64,000 bases of DNA from the sequence record NZ_CP084508.1; one strand, given 5' to 3'. The stretch is from a plasmid. Position 1 is the first letter of the stretch. The number at the start of each line of letters is the position of its first letter. The notes beneath the pieces are model-generated. The model was not told the origin of the DNA and searched no databases. It worked only from the letters and a program-made list of their open reading frames with translations. Positions 30,976-41,372 of this stretch are shown here, one piece after another. Position numbers and translations under genes: made by a program.

Positions 30976-31986
30976 TTAGAGGAAAACACAGTTACGTTTA
31001 CGCCACATCAGGTAGCCGAAATTCTTCTTGCTGTTCGGGGCGTTATGCCCGGCCTCCCACCGCATGACGCTGCGGCCCATCGGGTGACAACGCGCGCTAT
31101 CCGGATACATGTTGACCATCTGATAGCGCCAGCGCTCCTTCGGGATAATGGGGGTGGGGTATTCATAGCAGACCGCCTTATCCTTACCGATGCTCTCCAT
31201 AATCTGCCCTTGCCGATGCAGCTTGAAGGCCATCCGCTCACTGACCAGCACCGAGGACTGCAACGGACTGAACTCATTACTGACCCAACCATTAAAGGGA
31301 TACATCGAGCCCTGGGCACCAGCGCACCAAAACAGCGGATCGAGGGGAAGATGGAATGCACTGGCCAACGCATCGGCCGCACAGGCGCCTTGTGCCAGCG
31401 GGTTGGCAAAAATCACGGCTTCCGGGTTCAGGATGGTCGTGAGACTGCTGTCCACCCAGGTCGGATCAATCTCGCTCAGGTAGGCAATATCGAGATCACC
31501 GCCCTCCAGGCATCCCACAGAGGTGATGATGTTCAGCCAATAGGTCAACGGGTATTTGTACCAGTGCACATGATAGAACGCCCCCGCCACATCCTTATCG
31601 CTCTGCCCCGCTGTACCGGTCCCGGTCTTACCGAGGTTGATACTGAATCCGCCCAGGTTCACCATGCAGCCCGGAGAGCGGGTGACATCGGTCAGGGCCA
31701 TCGGCTCCCAATAACCAATCGCCAATCCAGGGCGGATAAAAATCGGCGGTGGTGCGGGACAGAATTGCAGGGGAGAGCCGGGGTTCGCCGTATCGGGTGC
31801 CTCCCCGCTACCTCCGACTTTGATGCTGCCAATCGATAGGGGGAAAATACACTTCCAGCACACATCGGTGATCGGGTTGACAAAATGCCCTTCGCAGCTG
31901 GCATCGGCCTGTGCCGGTGCGACCGGTAGCCAGGCCGCCGCCAGAATGACCAAAGCTGCACCGACACGCGTATAAATGGGGTTCAT
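30976..31986 (-). CDS. traU: TraU
   Basis: 336 aa with a signal peptide and conserved Cys pattern (CEGHFVNPITDVCWKCIFPLSIG), as in F TraU. Confidence 0.9.
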   Translation of the reverse strand: MNPIYTRVGAALVILAAAWLPVAPAQADASCEGHFVNPITDVCWKCIFPLSIGSIKVGGSGEAPDTANPGSPLQFCPAPPPIFIRPGLAIGYWEPMALTDVTRSPGCMVNLGGFSINLGKTGTGTAGQSDKDVAGAFYHVHWYKYPLTYWLNIITSVGCLEGGDLDIAYLSEIDPTWVDSSLTTILNPEAVIFANPLAQGACAADALASAFHLPLDPLFWCAGAQGSMYPFNGWVSNEFSPLQSSVLVSERMAFKLHRQGQIMESIGKDKAVCYEYPTPIIPKERWRYQMVNMYPDSARCHPMGRSVMRWEAGHNAPNSKKNFGYLMWRKRNCVFL

Positions 31987-32618
31987 TGGCCAGTCTCCTC
32001 GGGTGCAAAGGTTTCAATATGCAGCCGTAACCCACTGGGTGCAGGTGTCACACGCGCCGGTACCGAGGTGATCCCCAGACGTTGGCATAATGCCCCGTTC
32101 TGGTCGAAATAGACCCGGCTATCCAAAGCCGCCGAGGCGGCGGGAATATCCCCCTTGATCAGAATAATCTTGAATAACAGCGTGGCGGGCTTCTGCCGCT
32201 TCATCCAGTCCACCTGCGCCGGTGAGTCGGCATCGATAAAGTAGAGTGTTTCCATGAACGGCACCGTCTTCAGCGGGTTAATCACCTCCCCCCGCCGGGC
32301 AAATAGCCGTCCCTGGTCATCACGCAGATCCTCAGAGAGCTGCACGCTTGGGTCGAAGTAGCGTGAAGCATAGTGTGTCGCCGTGGTGATCCCCTCGACA
32401 GGTACCGGACGCTGGCTATGTGTAATCACCCGCTTCTTGAAAGCCTGCATCTCCTTATCCCAGGCTCCCGACCTCTGTAGCTGTGCCAGACGCTGGGTGA
32501 TCAGCGTCAGCATATCCGGCTCGGCAACCGGATACAGATCGCCCCAGGTACCCAAATCGGCCGCACAGGCCACCTGGGCGCTCCAACAGATCCCTAACCA
32601 TCCCCAACGCCGACGCAT
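31983..32618 (-). CDS. traW: TraW
   Basis: AADLGTWGD..P...PDMLT.I.QRL...Q.SG....M.AFK.RVI matches F TraW. Start is taken at the internal MRRRWGWLG. Confidence 0.85.
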   Translation of the reverse strand: MRRRWGWLGICWSAQVACAADLGTWGDLYPVAEPDMLTLITQRLAQLQRSGAWDKEMQAFKKRVITHSQRPVPVEGITTATHYASRYFDPSVQLSEDLRDDQGRLFARRGEVINPLKTVPFMETLYFIDADSPAQVDWMKRQKPATLLFKIILIKGDIPAASAALDSRVYFDQNGALCQRLGITSVPARVTPAPSGLRLHIETFAPEETGQ

Positions 32619-32619
32619 A

Positions 32620-32991
32620 TTACCCTGCCTCCCGCATACGACGTGCGATATCTTGCTGGATAACACGGGTAATATCTGGCGCGCCCTGGACTACTGCCGG
32701 CGCCACCAAAATCAGAACATGGTGTTGCTGTTGATAGGTTTGCAGGCTTTGCTCCAGGGCCGCGTTAAAGCGTGCTGATAGCGCCCGGGTTTGCGCTTCC
32801 GAGAGTGTCTTCTGACTGGCGCTATCAAAAAACGCATCGACGGTTTGCTTCATATCAAAGGCCACGGCACGCGGGGCGCTGTAATGACCAATGCCCCAGG
32901 AAATGGCCGCATTGGCCAACAGCAGGCTGGCAAACAATACGCCCCACCCCAGGCGGCGTTTCCGTTGCGACGTTATTGGTGACGTTGTCAT
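32620..32991 (-). CDS. trbI: TrbI
   Basis: 123-aa bitopic protein between traC and traW, with size and position as F TrbI. Confidence 0.7.
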   Translation of the reverse strand: MTTSPITSQRKRRLGWGVLFASLLLANAAISWGIGHYSAPRAVAFDMKQTVDAFFDSASQKTLSEAQTRALSARFNAALEQSLQTYQQQHHVLILVAPAVVQGAPDITRVIQQDIARRMREAG

Positions 32992-35615
32992 ACTTCCTCC
33001 TGCTGATGTTCAGCTATCCAGGCTTCAAGGCTGGCCATCTCCTGGGGAAAGTTGCGGTAGGCCAGCGCATAGACCGCATCATGGATACCCACCCCCTCCC
33101 GGCGTTTTTGCTGGATAAACTCGAAGTCCGCCCCTCTTGAGGAGTACATGGCGCGACTGAGTGGATCGACAAACAATCGGTGCCAGGAGGAGTAGGCTTC
33201 CACCGATAACATGAACGAACTGAACCATTGCTCTTTGGCGGAGCCGAATTTACCGATCATGTCTTTCTCAAACCGGTTGAACTGATCGGGATAAAGCTGG
33301 TTGTATTTGGTAAAGGATTTCGTACTCTGCTTCAGAATGATTTTGTAAGAGGAGTTGCCCCAGGCGGCACGGGCGGCGCTGGAGGCATCCGGAGAGTCGA
33401 AATCGACGATGTTTTGGGTAATGGTGATGTAGGAGCCATTGTGGCGCCGGGCTGTCCGGTAGCCCTTTTCGATAAACGTCCCGACTTTTTCATTCTTGAA
33501 GTCCAACAGTTTCCAGCCTTCATCGATAACGTTCAGTTTTTTCAGGCTGCGTGGGGAGTGGTACATGCGGTTCTCGATATAGATAATGAGCGAGAACATC
33601 ACCGCAATCAGCAGCGAGGGACGGCTTTCCAGACCACCCAGCTCCAACACCACCATGCGGGCATCATCATGCAGCGACGGCTCATCGGAGTTGAAATACT
33701 CACCATAAATCCCCGCTGCCGTATACTGATCCAGCAGGATAATCATCTCGTCCAGGCGGCTACGAATGGTCGGTGAATCCCGGTATTGCTCACTGTTGCG
33801 GGCATCACTCAGGAAATTCACCACATCATCAATACGCGCCCGGTTTTTTTTGCTCAGCCACGCCGCTTTCACCGCCTGCATCAACAGCCCCTCATGCACC
33901 TCATCCAGGTTGCCGTTCGGGCTGGCCATCACCGATAACTGGTCGCGGATACGCTCGGCGGACAAGTCAATATCTTTCACGTTGGCAAAGGGGTTGAACT
34001 TCAGGGTGTCGCCATCGAGGTAAACGCCGCCCATGTTCTCGCACAGAGACTTGTAGCCATCCCCCATATCAAATACCCAGGCGAAACCACCGCTATCCAA
34101 CACACTGCGGATCAACGGTTGAATCAATCCGGTTTTCCCGGCACCCGACGTCCCGCATACCGCCATGTTGAAGTTGGTATTGTCCATCTTGTCGTAGAAC
34201 AGATCGATAAAGGCCAACTGGCCACGATATGTCGGTGCCAATAAGCCCGAGGGGGCGAGCGGATGATCCGCGACCAGCGGCATCAGATTGGCCACATTGA
34301 ATGATTCGGCACGGTGAACCACCCCAGCGGCCTGCAGCTCTTTGAAGAGTCCCTCTCCCGCCTTAAAGGGCAAGGCGGTGAGAAAATTACGCAACTGGTT
34401 AAAGCGTGGTGAGATGAGCTCGATCCCGTTTTTACGGTAGCTGTTAAGGATATCCTGCTCGTAGTCCAGGGCCTTCTCGTTATCGTCTTCACAAAAGGCC
34501 GTCAGATTCAGGAAATAGGAGACGATAGCGGACTGGTTGCTGCTCAGGCGCTGACGCAGCTCACCCCACTCTTTTGCCTGCTTCTCCACCCCAGGGAAGA
34601 ACTTGCCATACGAAGTCTTAGACTTTTTCTCACAGTCCAAAAACTTCAGATTGGCCTCTTGGTGGGCTTTCACCTGATCTTCCACCATCAGGGTCAGCGT
34701 CAGGATGAACGGACAGGAGATGGACAGCTCCGGGTTGAGCAGATTGCTGTAGTTATCCGCATTACTCCATAAGAAGGCCATCTCCGGGTTACGCTCCAGC
34801 TGAAAATTCAGTATCTGGGCCGTACTGGTTTTTTGGCTACGGCCATTGCGTAAACCGATGGTCAGGCTTTCGGCTTTCACCTTCAGATCAAAGGAGTCAT
34901 CCACACATTGGTAGTTCAGGTCGATATAGGGATCTAATGGCCGATCATTGGGGTATAACTGGCTTGGGTTGTGGTTAATCATCTCCCTGACAATATTGAT
35001 AAACGCCTGAGCATCGACAGGCTGGGTATAGATACGAGCCCCCTGGAGTGATGCCCGGATAACCTTGACCTTGTTCTCCAGCTCAATCATATCGGCTTTG
35101 CTTTTTTTCTTGCTGGGTACACAACAGGAGATAAATACCCGGTAATTTCGCAGGGTGAGTGGCAGGTCAAGTCCTTCAGGTAACGAGAAGCGTTGCTCGG
35201 CCGCACGCAGATAGTAGGCACGGGTAATGGCGTTAAACTTGTCGGCCTGTGGCCCCGACCAGGAGAACTCGCGTAGCCCGTAGTCCACCATCGCCCCAAC
35301 TTGCTTGCTGGACATCAGGTGAATCGACAACGGAATGCCGCGTGGCATTTTGGTGCGTAACAGACTTTCCAGGGCCAATACTACCTGCTCATTGGCGCCT
35401 GCGAGCGGTTGAGCCTCCAGCATAAAGCCAATGGTACTGGCATTAATAAATAACCCGGTTTCTGGATCATAATCTTTATACGGCAGAATTCGGCTAAACT
35501 GCGGAAAGGACAGATTCGCCAGAATCTGATTTGCCTGCGCAGATTCATCAGGCAGTTTGAGTGCAGTCAGTAACGAGTTGACCGTCTGAGTTACAACATC
35601 AAGAGGATTATTCAC
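32988..35615 (-). CDS. traC: TraC (VirB4-family ATPase)
   Basis: 875 aa, the same length as F TraC, with Walker A (GTSGAGKT) and the N-terminus MNNPLDVVTQTVNSLLTALKLPDESAQANQIL. Confidence 0.95.
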   Translation of the reverse strand: MNNPLDVVTQTVNSLLTALKLPDESAQANQILANLSFPQFSRILPYKDYDPETGLFINASTIGFMLEAQPLAGANEQVVLALESLLRTKMPRGIPLSIHLMSSKQVGAMVDYGLREFSWSGPQADKFNAITRAYYLRAAEQRFSLPEGLDLPLTLRNYRVFISCCVPSKKKSKADMIELENKVKVIRASLQGARIYTQPVDAQAFINIVREMINHNPSQLYPNDRPLDPYIDLNYQCVDDSFDLKVKAESLTIGLRNGRSQKTSTAQILNFQLERNPEMAFLWSNADNYSNLLNPELSISCPFILTLTLMVEDQVKAHQEANLKFLDCEKKSKTSYGKFFPGVEKQAKEWGELRQRLSSNQSAIVSYFLNLTAFCEDDNEKALDYEQDILNSYRKNGIELISPRFNQLRNFLTALPFKAGEGLFKELQAAGVVHRAESFNVANLMPLVADHPLAPSGLLAPTYRGQLAFIDLFYDKMDNTNFNMAVCGTSGAGKTGLIQPLIRSVLDSGGFAWVFDMGDGYKSLCENMGGVYLDGDTLKFNPFANVKDIDLSAERIRDQLSVMASPNGNLDEVHEGLLMQAVKAAWLSKKNRARIDDVVNFLSDARNSEQYRDSPTIRSRLDEMIILLDQYTAAGIYGEYFNSDEPSLHDDARMVVLELGGLESRPSLLIAVMFSLIIYIENRMYHSPRSLKKLNVIDEGWKLLDFKNEKVGTFIEKGYRTARRHNGSYITITQNIVDFDSPDASSAARAAWGNSSYKIILKQSTKSFTKYNQLYPDQFNRFEKDMIGKFGSAKEQWFSSFMLSVEAYSSWHRLFVDPLSRAMYSSRGADFEFIQQKRREGVGIHDAVYALAYRNFPQEMASLEAWIAEHQQEEV

Positions 35616-35743
35616 ACTGACACCTTTACCATTTCATGTTACATCCAGTACGCTACCGCCCATCCCTTTTTACGCTCAGGGCACTCGTAAAAAATACAGA
35701 ATAATAGACAGCCAATAACACGCTACGACCTCAGAAAACCCGA

Positions 35744-36316
35744 TTAGTGAATGCGGGGTTTTCCCCAATGTGACGGAGTAATAACAAACAACACCTGACT
35801 GGGTTGATGATAAACATCCTGCTTATCGATATAGGGCGCTATCCATAATTGTGCGACCTGCTCGCCGACACGTAATGGCCGAGGATAGCCTGACGCCACG
35901 GAAGACACCGGCATCGGTGCTGTTTTTACCGTCTGCATCGGGCTAATCGGACGGTTGGCCGGGGAGATCATTCGCTGCTCAACCGGTGTCGAACCCGTGC
36001 CAGTAAAGGGATTACGCGGCGCGGATGGGGCTATTGTGGTATGCACAATGGGTACCGGCGATACCGATGCAGCCGTCACGGCCAAAGGCACGGCTGTGGG
36101 CGCAAAACTCCCCTCAGCCAGGCGAGGCAATGCGGCTGCAACCGGCTTTGCGGCCTCCCCCTCCTCACTCAACTTGGCCTTTTCATTTGCCTGTTGCATC
36201 GTCATACAGGTATCCGATGTGGTGGCATTACATTCAAAATCGCTACTGGTTCCAGCGCATCCGCTTAATAACAGGGCGCTACCGAATACCGTGAAGATAA
36301 GACGCTGCATAGTCAC
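35744..36316 (-). CDS. traV: TraV outer-membrane lipoprotein (secretin-like core component)
   Basis: Lipobox LLLSGCAG followed by TSSDFECNATTSDTCMTMQQANEKAK and C-terminal LWIAPYIDKQDVYHQPSQVLFVI, as in F TraV. Confidence 0.85.
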   Translation of the reverse strand: MTMQRLIFTVFGSALLLSGCAGTSSDFECNATTSDTCMTMQQANEKAKLSEEGEAAKPVAAALPRLAEGSFAPTAVPLAVTAASVSPVPIVHTTIAPSAPRNPFTGTGSTPVEQRMISPANRPISPMQTVKTAPMPVSSVASGYPRPLRVGEQVAQLWIAPYIDKQDVYHQPSQVLFVITPSHWGKPRIH

Positions 36317-36321
36317 CCCCT

Positions 36322-36534
36322 TTAATGCTTAGGCGTAGGAAGAATAATTTTTCCCGTCGTATTTTTAAAAAAATGGTCAGGCAATAGCGGGTTATCAACA
36401 ATCGCTTGACGCAAGGCATTAACATCAGACATATCATTAAACCAGTGGGCGGTTTTCCCAGCCCCAGCTTTACCCCAAATAAGCACATGACCTGTTAGGG
36501 CGCAGAATGATTTTTGCTTATTAACGTTGCTCAT
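36322..36534 (-). CDS. Small protein at the trbD position carrying a P-loop-like motif
   Basis: 70 aa; WGKAGAGKT fits the GxxxxGK[ST] pattern. Lies between the traP-like ORF and traV. Confidence 0.3.
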   Translation of the reverse strand: MSNVNKQKSFCALTGHVLIWGKAGAGKTAHWFNDMSDVNALRQAIVDNPLLPDHFFKNTTGKIILPTPKH

Positions 36535-36902
36535 ACCCCTTTCTCCTCAGAGGTTATTTCCTGCATCCAACTCACAACAACCATAAAAACCAATCCAATC
36601 ACTATTCCACGCCAACCTATGCCTTCCATTAAAACCATATAGGTGGCATCAGCTTGAGATTGCGTCAAGGCAAGTGATGCAAAATCATGATGAAATTGCA
36701 CCGGATTAAAAACCAGGGCTGACAGCAGAAGCATACCCGATAAAAACCAGAGCAGAATATTATAGGCCGCTATCCCAATAGCAAAACGACGGAGAAGGAG
36801 CAGGGTAAAACCTCGCGGTTCAGCAACCCATTGCATTAAAATCCGCTGAAAAATAATCTGAGTCTTATCCTTAAAAGAAAGCTGACGTAGAGGACGCATC
36901 AT
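36531..36902 (-). CDS. Inner-membrane protein at the traP position
   Basis: 123 aa with 2-3 TM helices, immediately downstream of traB. Positional assignment only. Confidence 0.3.
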   Translation of the reverse strand: MMRPLRQLSFKDKTQIIFQRILMQWVAEPRGFTLLLLRRFAIGIAAYNILLWFLSGMLLLSALVFNPVQFHHDFASLALTQSQADATYMVLMEGIGWRGIVIGLVFMVVVSWMQEITSEEKGV

Positions 36903-38284
36903 TATTTTCCTCCCGGCATAAACTGATGTGGGTCGATATTTTTAAGTTGCTTCAGCATCTCATCGGTATTAAAACCATTGAGATTATCCGTAGAGGGCAT
37001 TGCCATTGACGGCGCTGACCGAGGCATCGTCTCCGTCTCGGCAGACTGACGCTGTTGCTTTTCAGCCTCCAGTTCGTCAACCGTCTTCAGCTGGAAACCA
37101 TCCTGAAACACCACCGTAATTTCATTGCCGGCACCAATCGGGATAACCGGATGATATTGCTCGGCCCGTTTGATGTAGTAGTCACTGAGTGTCTGTGCTG
37201 CTTTAGAAGAGACACCGCCAATACCGGACATCAGCACATCGGCACCGCTGACTGAGGCGGTCGCCCCTAGCCCTACCGCCGGTTGCGAAGCACGATTAAT
37301 GCCAGAGCCGATACCATCGACAAACCCCGCCCCCCAGGCCCAGCCAAGAATTTTTCCGTTACGCATCACGACTTCACCCTTGATGCCGTTTTTTCCCCGG
37401 AAATTAACGTGACCGGCGATCGGGAGATCAATCACCGCCTTCCCTTTGATACAGCTGAGTTTACGGGTACGCACAATGGCGCGTTCACTCGAGACATCAC
37501 CGTATGCCTCCAGGCCAACAAAACAGCCTGTCAGGTCATACGTTTTACTGTTCGGCATCTCCACACGGCCGGTGATCCGCAGCTGCATGGGCACCGTGGC
37601 TTCATTACCGGTCACGGACGCATTGGCATCGGCCCCTTCAATCAGCATGCCTTTGGCAAAGCTCCCAGAGGGGATATAGGGCAGCTTCAGTGCTGATTTC
37701 TCACCGCGCCCATACGTGAACGTCTTACGGCTTAACTGATTGGGAACCGGAATGGACTGATAGGTCACCTGGGGTGCCGGCGGTGTCCCCACACCCGGGT
37801 AAAATGCCGTGGGTGGCGGTACGCTGCCTTTCCCTTGAGGAGGAAAGGCCGTCGGCTGTGGCTCCCCCTCGGGTCCAGGTGCCGGTGTTGGCTCGGTGGA
37901 TGCGCTTGCCCCCACCTGAGCGAGTTTTTCTTTTAGTTGGGCATTCTCCTGTGCCAGCAGCTCCATGCGATGCTGATCTTCCACCCGTCCTTTACTCAGC
38001 AGATCGATCTCCTGCCGAATATGCTTAAACTCCTTGCGCATTTCCTGCTCGGTGACCTGCATCTCAGTCGTCGCGTGTTGCTGTACCTTGTCATCAAACG
38101 CGGTATCAACCACGCCCGTCATATCCGGTGCCGGCTCATGCGCATTGCCGGTCTGTGAGGCGCTATCAGAACGGAGATCCAGCTCTGAAAGATACAGTCC
38201 CCCGCCCACGGCCATCGCCACGACGACAACCACAATCCCCAGCCACAGATACTGTTTCCGCTTGACCAGTGCGTTAATATTCAT
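36902..38284 (-). CDS. traB: TraB (VirB10-like)
   Basis: 460 aa with an N-terminal TM segment, a Pro-rich linker and a C-terminal domain (GIKGEVVMRNGKILGWAWGAGF...) colinear with F TraB. Confidence 0.9.
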   Translation of the reverse strand: MNINALVKRKQYLWLGIVVVVVAMAVGGGLYLSELDLRSDSASQTGNAHEPAPDMTGVVDTAFDDKVQQHATTEMQVTEQEMRKEFKHIRQEIDLLSKGRVEDQHRMELLAQENAQLKEKLAQVGASASTEPTPAPGPEGEPQPTAFPPQGKGSVPPPTAFYPGVGTPPAPQVTYQSIPVPNQLSRKTFTYGRGEKSALKLPYIPSGSFAKGMLIEGADANASVTGNEATVPMQLRITGRVEMPNSKTYDLTGCFVGLEAYGDVSSERAIVRTRKLSCIKGKAVIDLPIAGHVNFRGKNGIKGEVVMRNGKILGWAWGAGFVDGIGSGINRASQPAVGLGATASVSGADVLMSGIGGVSSKAAQTLSDYYIKRAEQYHPVIPIGAGNEITVVFQDGFQLKTVDELEAEKQQRQSAETETMPRSAPSMAMPSTDNLNGFNTDEMLKQLKNIDPHQFMPGGK

Positions 38285-39015
38285 CAGCGCGCCTCCCCGG
38301 AGGTCGTTACATAAACCGACATCCGACCACCACCGATGATTTGCCTGGCCGGTCCGACAAACATGATGGCGCGGGTACCCGGCTGCCAGAAATCACGCTC
38401 ACTGACTGTTTTTGGGGTGTTACCCGGATTGATGACGGTATAACGCACTACTTTGAGGTGATGGCCAATCCAGACGTTATCAGCAACGCTCTGTAATCCC
38501 GCCGGCGTCGTCAAGGCCTCATTGGTCACCGGAATAGACTGCCAACCGGCAGGTAAGGCGTCCTCATGCACACCTTTATTGACCGCCACCAATAATGCCT
38601 CATAGGGTGTTGCCTCTTCCCACGCCTGGGGCGTCTCGCCGGTTCCCAGCAGATCACTCACCAGTTGGATAGTGCGCCCTTCCCCGGCACGCGGAACGGC
38701 GCGGATAGAGAAATTGAGACCGCGTTCAGTCTCTATGATGAAGGTAAAGGGTTTCTTGTTCAGCGTGGCAATCACAATTCCCCCGCTCGCGGTCTGCTCC
38801 TGGCGCGTCAGTTCACCCTCCAGACTGTTGATGGCGGTAATGCGATCACCGGCCACCGTGAACAGATTCGGATCGGTGTTACTCACGGCGATATTAGCCT
38901 GACCACCATTGCTCAAGGGCACCAGAGCCGGTGCCGTCCCTACCCGAATAGCCGCCTGGCTGTAACCGGCAAGCAGGAGGAGCCCCGCTAGTAATAACGG
39001 TTTATTTATTTTCAT
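38284..39015 (-). CDS. traK: TraK (VirB9-like)
   Basis: ...[73 protein letters not shown] is near-identical to F TraK. Confidence 0.9.
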   Translation of the reverse strand: MKINKPLLLAGLLLLAGYSQAAIRVGTAPALVPLSNGGQANIAVSNTDPNLFTVAGDRITAINSLEGELTRQEQTASGGIVIATLNKKPFTFIIETERGLNFSIRAVPRAGEGRTIQLVSDLLGTGETPQAWEEATPYEALLVAVNKGVHEDALPAGWQSIPVTNEALTTPAGLQSVADNVWIGHHLKVVRYTVINPGNTPKTVSERDFWQPGTRAIMFVGPARQIIGGGRMSVYVTTSGEAR

Positions 39016-39568
39016 CGTTAACCTCACCAAAACGTGTCAACCAGGTTGTCCCATCTTCACGCGCCATAATTAGGACGTAATGTTTAATTTCGCTGTAAGG
39101 CTGTGAGTTCCCAATCCAGGTTTTTAATTCACCCCGGATATCAACCCGCCCGGCCGCCGGGTAGACTTTCACACTGGTCTGATAAAAAGAGGAGTTCACG
39201 TTGTTGCTCTTAATCCGCTTGGCATCTTCTGCCAGTCGGATCTTCAGTTCGTTTTGAGCAGCGGGTTTTACAAACGCCAATAAGGCTTGATGGGAGGCAT
39301 CAACCGTTTCGGGTGTCACGTTCAAGCGCAGCGCAATAAAGGACAGCGCCATCTGCCGTAGGTAAGAGGCATCTGCCTGATTTTGTGAAACAGCAAAAGG
39401 TGCAGAGAACAGCATCGGTGTTACCACACTACGTTGCTCGTTCTGCAAACGGTAGTTATTTACTCCTTGAATAATATTCGCTGATAAAGAGAGGAGTAAA
39501 AATACCGCCATACCAATAAAACCGATGGCCAGTACGCGGCTGGTACTCAAACGGGCACTGTGTTTCAT
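39002..39568 (-). CDS. traE: TraE (VirB5/8-like pilus assembly)
   Basis: [18 protein letters not shown]...[12 protein letters not shown] is near-identical to F TraE. Confidence 0.9.
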   Translation of the reverse strand: MKHSARLSTSRVLAIGFIGMAVFLLLSLSANIIQGVNNYRLQNEQRSVVTPMLFSAPFAVSQNQADASYLRQMALSFIALRLNVTPETVDASHQALLAFVKPAAQNELKIRLAEDAKRIKSNNVNSSFYQTSVKVYPAAGRVDIRGELKTWIGNSQPYSEIKHYVLIMAREDGTTWLTRFGEVNDENK

Positions 39569-39585
39569 TTTAACTCCTCTGTAAC

Positions 39586-39891
39586 CTACTTAATCCATTG
39601 CCGGAAACAGGAGTCTGGTACATCGTGAAAAACACCTTTGAGCAGCGAGGTTGGCATATACCAATAAATCAGATCACGTAACCAGGTACTTCCTCGCCCT
39701 TTCTTCAGTTTTTTCACACACCAGAAAACCAGAACCGCTGCGACAAGACCAAAAAGCTGCTTGTTAGCCCATAATCCCCAGCCAAGACAAATAGCCGCAG
39801 GGATAAGTTCATCAAGATAGAGCCCGAACCAGCGGTTCTGGTTGGTGAGTGTTTCCGGAAAACGGTAGCGACTTAAATCGTTTTCCGACAT
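39586..39891 (-). CDS. traL: TraL (VirB3-like)
   Basis: [29 protein letters not shown] and the C-terminal [12 protein letters not shown]...[14 protein letters not shown] match F TraL. Confidence 0.9.
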   Translation of the reverse strand: MSENDLSRYRFPETLTNQNRWFGLYLDELIPAAICLGWGLWANKQLFGLVAAVLVFWCVKKLKKGRGSTWLRDLIYWYMPTSLLKGVFHDVPDSCFRQWIK

Positions 39892-39906
39892 TGGGGAAAA
39901 ATCCTA

Positions 39907-40254
39907 TTAGTAGCCAGCAACCCCCATCCCGACGGCAATAAATACCGACAGGATGGCAAAACCGGCCAGGAATTTGATGTTTTTGGTCATCATATACATG
40001 ATGCCCCCAACCAACACTTCCGCCAGGACAACCCACTTAACGACACTGGAGCCGCTGCCGAAGGTCTTCTTGACGGTATCATCCCCGCCTGCCATCAGGT
40101 CTTTACCTGCAGCCAGCGCGACATCCGGTAGCAAGGTCGCGACAGCCGCCGCTGGCAGCGCAACCTTTAGCGCTTTGATCAGTCCCTTCTTGGAAAAGAG
40201 AGAGGATTTATTTTTAGATGCAGCAACCCCGTGAACACTTAATGAAGTATCCAT
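39907..40254 (-). CDS. traA: Propilin TraA (F-type pilin)
   Basis: Long leader, then AAGKDLMAGGDDTVKKTFGSGSSVVKWVVLAEVLVGGIMYMMTKNIKFLAGFAILSVFIAVGMGVAGY, matching mature F pilin. Confidence 0.9.
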   Translation of the reverse strand: MDTSLSVHGVAASKNKSSLFSKKGLIKALKVALPAAAVATLLPDVALAAGKDLMAGGDDTVKKTFGSGSSVVKWVVLAEVLVGGIMYMMTKNIKFLAGFAILSVFIAVGMGVAGY

Positions 40255-40325
40255 GATTTTTCCTTAAATTTAATTAAATAAGAAACGTTGTGAGAAACAA
40301 CGCCGTCGTCATTAGCGATAGAGAT

Positions 40326-40538
40326 CTAACGTTCTTCTTCCGGACTCTCCTCCACACTATCGGCATTATAAAAATCAGGAAACCGTTCAAGGTGATCAGT
40401 CAACCGCAGAACGGCCTCCATCGACTTAGGACGATTACTGCGTAGACACGCAGAGATCAATGACTCATTGGCTATATCGCTAAGGCGGATCGATACAGCT
40501 GGACCAGTCCCTATAGGACTGCGTTTTACTCTGGTCAT
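40326..40538 (-). CDS. traY: TraY (ribbon-helix-helix oriT-binding relaxosome accessory protein)
   Basis: 70 aa; SIRLSDIANESLISACLRSNRPKSMEAVLRLTDHLERFPDF matches the F TraY RHH repeat. Confidence 0.8.
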   Translation of the reverse strand: MTRVKRSPIGTGPAVSIRLSDIANESLISACLRSNRPKSMEAVLRLTDHLERFPDFYNADSVEESPEEER

Positions 40539-40630
40539 CCCTCCCCCATAACTATGATTAATTCATAATCATCGTCCCACCATTCTTATAAAATGTAAAA
40601 TCAAATGTTTGTTAAAATAAACATCCCTCA

Positions 40631-40653
40631 TAGGGTAAATTAATATTACCCTA
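40631..40653. promoter_or_regulatory. Dyad symmetry element TAGGGTAA-N7-TTACCCTA in the traY promoter region; candidate operator for the upstream LuxR-type regulator
   Basis: A perfect 8-bp inverted repeat with an AT-rich 7-bp spacer, ~95 bp upstream of the traY start. Position is analogous to the TraJ-binding site at P_Y in F. Confidence 0.35.
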
Positions 40654-40669
40654 CAAGGGAGGGTCTTTG

Positions 40670-41372
40670 TTACACTATGTTAACAACAGCACCACCAATA
40701 AACTCGCGCATTAGCAATATAATAAATTGCAAATTCTTATCATCAAGCAAATAGTATTTTAAAAGTGATGGATTACAGGCATAACCAACTTTGCAAACAA
40801 CACTCTTAACTCTCTTTTTGGTGGCATCTTCATTTATTTTTAATATCGCAGAAATTTCTTTCGCTCCACAACCAATAACAACAAAAGGGAATACAACTTT
40901 CTCTTTCTCAGTTAATTTAAAGAACACATCTTGAAAATTTATTGGCTTTTCTTTCGATAGCCCAATTAAATCAAAACGGCTAAGATCTTTTATAGGCTTA
41001 AACTTATTAAGTTGCCACAGATAATAAATAGAATCGAAACAAGTCAGCATTTCAATTCGAACTTGCCAAACAGCATCCCCTATAAGAATATTACGACACT
41101 GAACAAAATCATCTTTAACAAATGACACTTCAAACTCCAATTTGGTCAAATAAAAAGAAAGACCATTACTAAAGCAAAAGATATCATTTAAATGGATATC
41201 GGCATAAGACTTAGCATCACAGTTAAATTCTTTTGCAAAAGACAGGTTATAATAAACAAAGTCAGAATTTGCATTCCGAATACAAATAGGATATGGGGAT
41301 TGCTTAAACTGAGCACAATAAGAATCAAATTGACATGGAGGGTGTTTGTCTTTAGGATTGCGCATACACATA
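40670..41372 (-). CDS. LuxR/GerE-family HTH transcriptional regulator occupying the traJ position; ORF open to 41503 with a GTG
   Basis: The C-terminus LTEKEKVVFPFVVIGCGAKEISAILKINEDATKKRVKSVVCKVG is a canonical LuxR-type HTH. The sequence is very AT-rich compared with the flanking tra genes. A good RBS (agagg) precedes the ATG at 41370-41372; the longer form needs a GTG with a poor RBS. Confidence 0.6.

Noticed and set aside
31008-31839. ORFs 31008..31409 (minus) and 30871..31839 (plus) overlapping traU
   Set aside because: These are alternative-frame or antisense artefacts within the well-supported traU gene.
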